64,000 nucleotides of DNA from Octopus bimaculoides (Eukaryota): contig NC_068987.1 of the NCBI RefSeq assembly GCF_001194135.2, positions 29,954,086 through 30,018,085 of the forward strand, given 5' to 3'. Made by a program: the position numbers and the translations under genes. Of the stretch, positions 26,414-36,741 are shown piece by piece. Every line of letters starts with the position of its first letter. Positions within the stretch are counted from its first letter, which is position 1. A model generated the notes under the pieces. That model saw only the letters and a list, made by a program, of their open reading frames with translations, had not been told where the DNA came from and searched no databases.

Positions 26414-26885
26414 TTAAGCGAAATCGTGATGGTACCTGTACCAGTGGAGCACTAAGAGCACCGTCCGAGCGTGATCGTTACCAGAGCACCAGCTGTCTGG
26501 CTTCCGTGCCGGTGGCACGTAAATAGCACCATTTGAGCGTGATCGTTACCAACATCGCCTCCCTGGCACTTGTGCCAGTGACACGTGAAAAGACATTCGA
26601 GCAAGATCGTTGCCAGTGCCGCTGGACTGGCTCCTGTGCAGGTGGCACGTAAAATACACCATTTTGAGCAAGTTCGTTGCAAGTACCACTAGACTGGCTC
26701 CTGCGCAGGTGGTACGTAAAAGCACCCACTAAACTCTCGGAGTGGTTGGCGTTAGGAAGGGCATCCAGCTGTAGAAACTCTGCCAAATCAGATTGGAGCC
26801 TGGTGTAGCCACCTGGTCCACCAGTCCTCAGTCAAATCGTCCAACCCATGCTAGCATGGAAAGCAGACGTTAAACGATGATGATG
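26414..26885 (+). mobile_element. SINE family D, long copy; shorter copies at 13017-13177(-), 13400-13640(-), 16440-16620(-), 18340-18535(+), 22355-22630(-), 43000-43165(+)
   Basis: Internal ggcacgtaaaa repeats and identical 3' tail. Confidence 0.9.
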
Positions 26886-27311
26886 AAATCAGATTAGACT
26901 TATTGGGGTAGGTGTTTCTGCTACCAGATTCTCTTCTTTGTCCCCAACACTCACTTTTATCCATGTAAAGTAAGACTTTCCTTCATTGAACAACTTAACT
27001 GCTCAACAGTTTTTTATTCCCCCTCATTTTGCGGTATATTTAAGCATATCTGACTGTCTGAGAGCTGCATAAACAATTATAGATATTTGTTTGTTTTTAC
27101 CTTCATTTCCCTTTCTAGTGTGACTTAAATGTATATATTTTTAGAGGTATTTTTTTTACAGCCAGATGCTCTTTCTGTCACTAACCTTACGTTTTTTTCA
27201 AGCAAGGTGTATCTTCTTCCACACTTCTTTGAATGTTCAAAACCAGTAGATGACCCATTTGCAGGAGAAATAATAACATCACTGCCTGAGATTGAGCAAT
27301 GTTCAGTGGGT

Positions 27312-27354
<43 letters not shown>

Positions 27355-27399
27355 CACACACACACTTTCTCGTACATGAGCAAAGCCATTGCTAGAAAT

Positions 27400-27780
27400 A
27401 ATCACTGAAACGAGTCATTGTGGATGCAATGTGAGGCCCTTGTATGACTCTTGAGCCTGGTGAAAGATTTACACATTCTGTTGCATAATGCACAACTGTA
27501 CTGGTTGGCAGAAGGAACAGGTACCACAGTATGAACTCTTTTGACATGCCTTTCCAGTCCTCCAACAGACAGAGACACCTTTCTACATGTTGCACATTTT
27601 CTGTTGTGAATAATAGCTGTATCACAATTTACCATGCATCAATTCCTGTGAGTTCTCTAACGGCTGACCAAGTCTATACGACTCAAGCACCTCCTCTCAC
27701 AAATCACACTGTGACTGCTCAAATGGTTGATGGTTTGGCTAATTCCATCTGCCAGCATAATATAAACAGCCAAGCGCAAT
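27400..27780 (-). mobile_element. Decayed LINE 3' coding end with two C2H2-type zinc fingers
   Basis: CATCRKVSLSVGGLERHVKRVH and CALCNRMCKSFTRLKSHTRASH, preceded by a stop-ridden helix resembling RTE-like ORF2 C-termini. Confidence 0.6.
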
Positions 27781-28101
27781 GTAATACCATAAAGGAAAAA
27801 TTTGTCACTAAGTGTGACTATGCGTACAATTATGTGTATATATTATGTGTATATATCTTCTTACAATGTTGAGATTTTTAATTCTTATTTCTAGCAATGT
27901 AGGTGCTTCGGCACCCTTAGTTACACTTAGTGACGATTCAATGTTTCCTTTATGGTATATTGCAGCTAGCAGTTTATATTAATTATATAGGGGTGTGTGT
28001 GTGTGTGTGTGTGCAGTGAATAGATAGGGACAAAATATCCAGGTGGCTACTGTTAGGCCATTCAGTCATAATCCAGGTTATGGCTAAACACATTGAGTTG
28101 T

Positions 28102-28490
28102 TGTTGTTGTTGGCACTCCGTCGCTTACGACGTCGAGGGTTCCAATCGATCCGATCAACGGAACAGCCTGCTCGTGAAATTAACGTGCAAGTGGCTGAGC
28201 ACTCCACAGACACGTGTACCCTCAACGTAGTTCTCAGTGGTATTCAGCGTGACACAGTGTGACAAGGCTGACCCCTTGAATTACAGGCACAACAGAAACA
28301 GGAAGTAAGAATGAGAGAAAGCTGTGGTGAAAGAGTACAGCAGGGTTCGCCACCATCCCCTGCTGGAGCCTCGTAGAGCTTTAGGTGTTTTCGCTCAATA
28401 AACACTCAAAACGCCCGGTCTGGGAATCGAAACCACGATCCTATAACCGTGAGTCCGCTGCCCTAACCACTGGGCCATTGCGCCTCCACT
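28102..28490 (-). mobile_element. SINE family C with 12-bp TSD
   Basis: acattgagttgt at 28090-28101 and 28491-28502. Confidence 0.92.
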
Positions 28491-28752
28491 ACATTGAGTT
28501 GTAAAGGAGCACCTAAGATTACTTGAGGTAAGCAATCCCAGTCTAATTTATCCGATGGGTAAACCCTGGGTTCACTTCACTGGATTATAGTGAAGAAAAC
28601 CGTGGTTTCGCGACAGTAACACCATTTTGTGGGTTTGCTGAAGAGTAGATTATAACATTTGGATAACATATTTTGTTTGAATCATACACACACACACACA
28701 CATTTTTTGGCAGTGTGTATATATATTCTCTCTCTCTCTCTTTTATTACTAG

Positions 28753-28842
28753 GTTACTGGCTATGTATATGACTTTCACCTGAGACATCGAGCTGGTCAT
28801 GTGGAGGAAGACAGACGCCTCTTGAAGAATGCCTATGCTTAG
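28753..28842 (+). CDS. Terminal coding exon VTGYVYDFHLRHRAGHVEEDRRLLKNAYA* (cytosolic tail)
   Basis: Long pyrimidine tract ending ttttattactag; phase 0 matches previous donor; 30 codons ending TAG; first downstream AATAAA at 29923. Confidence 0.75.
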   Translation, partial: VTGYVYDFHLRHRAGHVEEDRRLLKNAYA

Positions 28843-29464
28843 AATTCAAGACTTTTTCTTTTTTTTTCGTAGTCAAACCTTATTTCTCTGTCAGTCTTCT
28901 CTTTTCTTTCCTTCTTTTATTCTTTTTTTTTTCCTTTCAGTAATCCGTGCATTTTATTCTTTTAGCAGTCTTTTATTTGTGATGTCATTATTGACCGATG
29001 ATGATGATGACGACGACGATGATGATGATGATGATGATGACACTGTCTCTAGAGTGTTTATGAATCACTTAAACTTTCATTTTCATCTTTACTGTTTTGT
29101 TCATATGTCTGTGATGTGAGTGTACACACACACAAGCACATGCACACACATTGGGATCAGGAGAAAAAACACTCGATTTTAGTAGAGTTTGTATTTTTTA
29201 TTTGAAGCTGCTGATTCATTCTCTGTTGTGATGGAGTGACTGATCAGCTTTGACAGAATACTCACGCACACACATACACTCGCATATCTATACCCACACA
29301 TACACATCTATATACGTACATGTATATATGTATGTGTATATATGTATGTGTATGTATATATAAAACATGGAACATTGACATTCATTAATACATATATATA
29401 TATGTATTACAGAGATGTACTTGCATAGCAAGTGACCTGATCTGAGATCGTGTGCTGGAATGAA

Positions 29465-29782
29465 AACAATTGCAGCGTGGGAGGTATTTATAAGCCATTT
29501 AAGAAACACACAGAAACCGTTAAATTCACCTCAACATTTAAATTTAATTTGCCAAAATATTTTCGTGGCTTTGAGACAGCAACCTGTTCACTACAAAATT
29601 CCTTTGTCTGAACAGGTCGCGGTCGCAACGTGTTCACTACAAAATTCCTTTGTCAGTGAACAGGTCGTGGTCTCAAAGCGACGAAAATATTTTGGCAAAT
29701 TAAATTTAAATGTTGAAGTGAATCTAACGGTTTCTGTGTGTTTCTTAAATGGCTTATAAACACCTTCCATACCGCAATTGTT
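29465..29782. mobile_element. Inverted-repeat element with 128-bp arms (29465-29592 / 29655-29782) and a duplicated centre
   Basis: Arms reverse-complementary with few mismatches; 24-bp direct repeat at 29585-29608 and 29631-29654. Confidence 0.85.
29649..29699 (+). ncRNA. Minimal type I hammerhead-like fold with variant core G3-U-G-A-A-C8-A9
   Basis: Stem I UUUGUCA/UGGCAAA, core GUGAACA plus G, stem II GUCGU/GCGAC, GAAA, palindromic stem III AAUAUU, putative site UUU. Confidence 0.6.
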
Positions 29783-30827
29783 ATATACATATATATATAT
29801 ACATGCATACATATGCACACAATTAGTTTCAAGTTTTTCCTGTTTTCTAGTACTATTATCTCTGTTGAATCCACTCATATACACACACATATATACACAC
29901 AGAGACACAACACACAAAAATTAATAAAAACTTTTTTCTTATAATTTTTTTTGTAAATATTTTGCTTCTTGTGAAAGGAAGGAAGCAAAGAAAGAATTTT
30001 CTAACGAGAAAGTGAGTGAACCTCTTAATAATTGAATGTCAACAAGTGTGAGACAACAAAGTGTGTAAAGGAATTTTTACATTGGCAGCAGATGATGATG
30101 ATGATGGTCCGCAAAAGTCTTCGTTTGGCAATGTTGTGTATAATTGAAATAGTTTGGCATTAATTTTTACTTAAATGCATAAAAGCCTTTTGATTGCATA
30201 TAGTTTTGAAAACGTTTGTAACTTGAAGTGTTAACAATTACTGCAGAGTTGGTAACTCCCTCTTATCTAATGTCTTGTGCTATTTAATTAGGCTCGTTTG
30301 CATTCTGAGTTCAAACCCTGTCATGGTCACCTTTGTTGTCATTACAGGATTGATAAAACAAAGTAGCTGTTTACTTACTGGGGTTGGCTTAATCTTCATC
30401 TCAGAGTTTTTTGTTAGGAATAATAATAAAGAAGTGATTTTAAATCGCAGAAAAATGCTAATAATATAGCCTGGACAGGATTAACTATCCCTATTTTGCA
30501 GAGAAAAGTGTAGGTGGCTAGCTGTGGACACGAACTCACATCCCCGTGATTATATGTCACGATGCTTTTGAGAATTTAAAATCACTTTAACTTTCTAAAA
30601 GACATCTCAACGCTTCTAAAAGCAAATTTCATTTGTTTATTTACGTTTGTCGTAATTTGAATTTAATAATAATAATAGATAAGTAGATGCATTATAGTAG
30701 TGACTGAGAGGAAAATGTACTTAGGACCAGTTGAAATATGTTTGAGGGATAATTTCACCCATACAAAGGTTTCTCACTGCAGTTTGTCATGGAGGATGAT
30801 TGTCACTGTTGACAAACAAGGTGTAAA

Positions 30828-31015
30828 AATACTGTAATCATTTCAGATTTACTCCTATAAGACTGGTGTATACATGTATTTCAGAGCAGTTATCTTCTCA
30901 TCAGCACCTCTAGAGTTGCCTCTCTTCGGTATCTTGAGCTGATAAGAAGATAACTACTTTGAAACACATGTACCGGTTCTGTAGGTGGGGCTCTGAAATG
31001 ACCATGGTGTTCTTA
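30828..31015. mobile_element. Inverted pair of Penelope-type pseudo-LTR fragments, each with a decayed hammerhead motif (30865-30908 minus; about 30939-30975 plus)
   Basis: Minus copy GGUG-CUGAUGA-...-GAAA-UACAUGUA-UA-CACC; plus copy CUGAUAA...GAAACACAUGUA; arms similar over about 80 bp. Confidence 0.55.
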
Positions 31016-31136
31016 CTCCTTTTTTAATCTCCAGCAAGAAAATTTCTCCACCCCAAACTGCATGAGTTCAAATATCTCCCAAACAAATTTGAACTGGTAT
31101 AAAGTTTAATGATGATGATTATTATTATTCTGGATA

Positions 31137-32045
31137 AGGCAGTGAGCTGGCAGAATTGTTAGCACACCAGGCAAAACACTTAGCTACATTTCTCTCAACT
31201 CTTTAACATTATGAGTTCAAATTCCACCAAAGGCGACTTTGCTTTTTATCTTTTCAGAGTCAATGAAATAAGTACCAGTGGAGCACTGGGTCGATGTAAT
31301 CACCTATCCCCTCCCCCAAATTTCAGGCCTTGTGCTTGTAGTAGAAAAGATTATTATTATTATGGATGGTGTAATTAATAGAGTTATGAACTTACTTTGT
31401 AGAACATAGTTATCTCTCTTCTTATGAATTCAGTTTTTGTTATCTAATCTTCCTGGATGGAGGTGGTGGATAATAACAAAATAAGAATTCATTCATACAC
31501 AATTACCTGACTATTTTAGTCAATCAACTATAATCCACTGCAGAAGATTTGTAGCTTCATGTCAAAAATGATAAGATCAAGATGAATTTTCACTCATTAT
31601 TATTATTTAAGGGGCGAGCTGGCAGAATTGTTAGTTTGCTGGACGAAATCCTTAGCTGTATTTCACCTGTCGTTATGTTCTGAGTTTAAATTCTGCCAAG
31701 GTTGACTTTGTTTTCAACCTTTCGGGGTCGATGAAATAAGTACCAGTGCAACACTGGGTCGATGTAATCTACTAGTCCCCCGCCTATCAAATTTCAGACT
31801 TTCTGCCTTTAGTAGAAAGGATTATTATTAAGGTGACGAGCTGGCAGAATCATTACCATGCTAGTCAAAATGCTTAGCAGCATTTCTCTCACTCTGAATT
31901 TTGAGTTCAAATTCTGCCTAGATCAATGTTGCTTCTCATCCTTTTAGGTTTGATAAAATAGAATACTAGTCAAGCACTGGGATCAACGTAATCAACTTAC
32001 CCCCTCCCTTTAAAATTGCTGGTCTTGTACCAAAATGTTATTATT
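31137..32045 (+). mobile_element. Three copies of SINE family B (Meta-domain-like core gactttgcctttcatcctttcggggtcgataaaataagtacc)
   Basis: Copies at about 31137-31362, 31610-31828 and 31830-32045, each bounded by (ATT)n. Confidence 0.8.
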
Positions 32046-32734
32046 GTTAGTGGTGAATTTGAGAATTGTTAGAACACCTTGACACATCTCAAAACAATTT
32101 TTTTTAAAACGTTAATTTCCACCACAATATTAATGTCCCAATTCAGTGAAATATCTTTGCCAAAATTTACTTATACATAAACAAAGTGGTAAATGATGTT
32201 TACCTTACAAACAGCGGAATTGGCTGTTTTACTGATTGAAGGACTTAGTCGAAAAGCTTACCCACCTCTAAAATAAATAGTTCAAAGTGGAAGAAGAAAC
32301 TACATTCAGTAAATTGAAATAAGTTTACTACATAATTTACTGCTTTACTCACTGGTGGTTCTAGTAAATGTGTTATTTTTATTATTTTTTCTTTTTTTAT
32401 CACACAGTCTATTGTATGAATGAAATATTGATGGCTATTTATTTTTTGGTGGCTTGCAAGGAAACGATATACTTTACTCAAAGATAATATACAAACCTTA
32501 TTTTTCCTTAGATTACATATGTGAATTCAGTAATAGATAAATTGAATAAATTCTCCTTTTTATTTTGCTTCTCTGAACAAATTACTAAAAAAAAATCATC
32601 TTGTTCTGAGGATAGCACAAGACAAATAGACAGAGAAACGCAGATCTTATAATATAGATTCTGCAACTATACTGACATATCATTTTCCCCCCTCCAAATA
32701 TGTAACTTAGTAGCTACAGAGTAGCTGTCTTATG

Positions 32735-32767
<33 letters not shown>

Positions 32768-33423
32768 AAAAGTAATGTGATTTCAAAATGAATAATGCTT
32801 TATTTGTCCCAAAGAAAGTAAAAAAACTGTGATAACATTTCTATCTAAATTCTATAACATTTTCATGGAATATATACATGTAAAAATTTGTGAACTGGAG
32901 TTTTGTTTTTATATGTACTCTTTACTTATGAATATAACATTTAAAAAAAAAACAATTTTCTTATTAATTATTCCTTTTAATATTGGTTTAATGAATTTTG
33001 AAAAGTATTTTTAATATTCATGCTTTCATTTTCTTAACTCAGTTTTATTATTTGGGAAAAACTTTACAATTTTCTCTCAGTAGTCGTTTTAATACTGATT
33101 GGAAGATAAGCTGAAATTAAATTTATGTAATTCAACATTTTGGTAAATTTGTGGATATTTGATTTTTTTTTTTTTTAATTATATTTAATATTTTCCATTA
33201 CATTCAGTATTTTATTATTGTAATAATAATAACAATAATAAGGATGCATGTGTGTATATTAGAAATTAAAAAAATCATTTTAATATACTTTTGAAGCATA
33301 AACATTTAAACAGAGAAACATTGTGAAATATAACCGTTGCTTGATATAAAAATTTTTTATTTCATTTTAATTAACAGATGCTGGAGATTCAATTTAGATT
33401 ATCATTTAATGAACCAAATTCAA

Positions 33424-33633
33424 CCCTTTAGCATTTAAGCTGGCCATATCCAGCCAAAATATTCTGTTTTATGTACAAACTTGCCAATTCTGACCTCTGA
33501 CACCTACCCTACAATGTCATTCTACGAATATACAGTCACATCATTGAAATCTCGAAGATACAAAATAATACATGATTAATTCAAAACAATGCGAATAATT
33601 AATAAGAGTTACATTTGAAAAAGTAATTTGCAT
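33424..33633 (+). mobile_element. piggyBac-type MITE, fourth copy, lacking the right TIR
   Basis: ccctttagcatttaagctggccatatcc start; sequence breaks off into an inverted repeat. Confidence 0.7.
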
Positions 33634-33636
33634 GAA

Positions 33637-33716
33637 ACATCTGCTGGGTTTTCCAGAGATTGGGAGAGGACAATGAGAACCTATCTCTGGAAAACCCAGC
33701 AGATGTCCTCTCCCAA
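33637..33716. repeat. Perfect 24-bp inverted repeat plus an interleaved 13-bp inverted repeat
   Basis: 33637-33660 versus 33683-33706; 33660-33672 versus 33704-33716. Confidence 0.9.
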
Positions 33717-35180
33717 CCTTTAAAAAGGTCAGGTCAGATATCATTTTCATCTCTATACTACATACACACTCATGCAGTGCTTGTGTATTGAAATAGTTTA
33801 TAAATCTCATTGTTGGTACTTAATTTCTTATGTGTGTCTGTTCAAACGGCAGCAAACTTAATGGAATTTGTCAGTTCATCGCTTTGCCACCTGATCTATC
33901 GCATATAGTGAAAAACTCTTAGAAAACTGAATTTTCAGCCTTTTCTCATGCATGTAGAGTTGCCTGTGCAAATGGAAGAAAATTGAAGTAAGGGAAGTAA
34001 CTCGGAATGGCCATTGGCTTGTAGCGGAGAGATAATGACTAAGGAAACATTGAATATACAAAGTCAATTTTTATATTTATTGAAATTATGTCCTCTTCAA
34101 GAACAGCTAGAACAATCACTTGGTGGCAAATGTAGGTAGAATCAAAATTTCTCTAAAACTGACCTACCATTAAAGAAAATCAGTTTGATTGTGTGGAGAT
34201 GACAACTGTAAACAATTTTTTTCTAACTTAGGTGTCACCAACACATATATATATACACACACACATATATAACTACACATATGTGTAAACACCTGTGTGT
34301 GTGTATATATATATATATATATAAAGAAAAAAATGGGATTAAAAAATCCTGGCAGATATCAATTAAGTGCTCAGTATAAAATGATGTGGTTAAAATTTCC
34401 AACAATCAAATACTAGTAAATTTAAGATTACGAATCCCAGGTAACTCCAACAATTGTTTCAATTTCTCTCTCTCTCACACGCACACGCACACACACACAC
34501 ACACACACTAAATAACCTCTTAAGATCTATTAAATATCCAAAGAATTTACTGATTTTTCATGAAATATTTAAAAAGCTATGTCAATCTGATGAAACCATA
34601 TTAATTTTAAAAGGAATTTTATTATTCCTGAAAAATTTGGTTTTATTAATGAAGTGGAAGCAGCTGTAGTTTATGAGATGTGTCATTTGCTTGTATTTAA
34701 TGATTAAATTATTTAATTGTTCAATTTATTGTTTTTGGTTTCCATTTCTAATCTATATATATATATATATATGGACAATATTATTAAAATTAATAATATC
34801 CTTGAAAATAAATGTTAATACATTACCAAAGTAATCTAAATTGGTGAAATTCTAACTGAACATCTGAAAAAATGTTAGCAGTTAATAAACGCTAACAAAA
34901 ATCAAACTCAACTTAAAACATTCATTCATTCAACCATTAGCAACGTCATTGAATAACTAATTTGCTTTATAAAAATAGAAACAAAAATAAAAAATAAACA
35001 AATTGTTGGAGACTTCACACTGAAGTTACTAATGATAAAATTCAAATAAAAGACAAAAATAAAACAATACTAATTCTACATTTTGACAATTTGAAATCTG
35101 AAAATAAATATTTTTGCATGCAATTATTGATGATGTTGCTGGATAATTAGAGAATAAAAACTACAGACAAGAATTTTACA

Positions 35181-35436
35181 GTATTCTCAAGAGATTATCT
35201 ACATTATTTACATTTGACGGATATTTCTCCTCATCTTGTTTGTTATAATAATAGTAACATCGTTAGGAATGAGAACCCAGGTTCGAAATTTCCCCAAGAC
35301 ACCTGACGAAGGCTGGAGGGTATATCAGCCGAAACGTTGTGTTAACAACAAACAAGATGAGGAGAAATATCCGTCAAATGTAAATAATGTAAATAATTCC
35401 TCATCTCTTAAATATAGAACTGTATTCTCAAGAGAT
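35181..35436 (+). mobile_element. Short Penelope-type element with an inverted partial terminal copy and 15-bp flanking direct repeats
   Basis: gtattctcaagagat at 35181-35195 and 35422-35436; about 35200-35243 is the reverse complement of about 35347-35390; second family copy at about 51400-51537. Confidence 0.7.
35298..35343 (+). ncRNA. Minimal Penelope-type hammerhead ribozyme motif
   Basis: Stem I GACAC/GUGUU, CUGACGA plus A, stem II GGCUG/CAGCC, GAAA, loopless palindromic stem III ACGU, site GUU. Confidence 0.75.
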
Positions 35437-35471
35437 AACTAAAGAATAAAAACTACACATACGTATATAAA

Positions 35472-35503
<32 letters not shown>

Positions 35504-35545
35504 CACACACATACATATATATACATACACGCACATGTATTTGTG

Positions 35546-35900
35546 TATGGTTGTGTGGTAAGTAACTTGCTTACCAACCACATGGTTCTGGGTTCAGTCC
35601 CACTGTGTGGCACCTTGGGCAAGTGTCTTCTACTATAGCCTCGGGCCAACCAAAGCCTTGTGAGTGAATTTGGTAGGCAGAAACTGAAAGAAATGTATGT
35701 TTGAGTGTCTGTTTATCTCCCCGCCATCGTTTGACAACCGATGTTGGTATGTTTACGTCCCTGTAACTTAGTGGATCGGCAAAAGTGACTGATAGAATAA
35801 GTTCTCGGCTTAATAAAAAATAAGTCCTGGGGTCGATTTCTTTGACTAAAAGGCAGTGCTCCAGCCTGGCCACTGTCAAATGACTGAAACAAATAAAAAA
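35546..35900 (+). mobile_element. SINE family A
   Basis: Full-length alignment to other copies. Confidence 0.9.
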
Positions 35901-35934
35901 TACACAAACACACATATATATATTTATTTATTTA

Positions 35935-36319
35935 TACTCTTTTATTTGTTTCAGTCATTTGACTGGTCATGCTGGAGCACAGCCTTTAGTCGAGGAAATC
36001 GACCCCAGGAATTATTCTTTGTAAGCCTAGTACTTATTCTATCGGCCACTTTTGTTGAACTGAGTTACAAGGACGTAAACACACCGACATCGGTTGTCAA
36101 GCGATGTTGGGGGGGGGGGACNNNNNNNNNNACACAGACATACATATATATATATATATATATATGACGGGCTTCTTTCAGTTTCCGTCTACCAAATCCT
36201 CTCACAAGGCTTTGGTCGGCCTGCGGCTATAGTAGAAGACACTTGCCCAAGATGCCACGCAGTGGGACTGAACCCGGAACCATGCGGTTCGTAAGCAAGC
36301 TACATACCACACAGCCACT
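35935..36319 (-). mobile_element. SINE family A, tail-to-tail with the previous copy
   Basis: Full-length reverse-complement alignment. Confidence 0.9.
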
Positions 36320-36708
36320 ATGAGGATTAATTGCTGTTTTGGAAGAACCAGAAGTAAATGAAGTATTACTAAGAATGTAGCAAAAGAAAATCTTCAGACT
36401 CTGTTTTGGAGGAAGCTATAATAATTATTATTATAATATTTTCTTGTATTGGCCATAAGGGCCTATGCTACTGAGTATAGTACAAGGAAATTTTCTTTTT
36501 AAAGAAATTCAAGTAGGGTTTACCTTGAGTCAAAGGGTGGTCAATATAGTAACAGAGTTAATTTTCTGAACCATCTGAGCTACTTAATGAGTTGTAGAGA
36601 AGATAAATTCTTTTGTCAATCTGCTATTTCCTTAATTTATTAGTTAATCTCCGTATAATAATTAATGGTATAGATTTTGGTTGATTGATTTCTTCAGTCC
36701 TTTTAGAA

Positions 36709-36741
<33 letters not shown>

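Noticed and set aside
27402-27635. Host C2H2 zinc-finger gene
   Set aside because: No TGEKP linkers or splice context; continuous with a stop-ridden LINE C-terminus
27902-27915. GGTGC-TTCG-GCACC hairpin near CTAG as a Helitron 3' end
   Set aside because: CTAG on the minus strand is not followed by the expected T, and no 5' end was found
32245-32267. Minus-strand terminal exon EVGKLFD*
   Set aside because: Too short, and no supporting upstream exons could be linked
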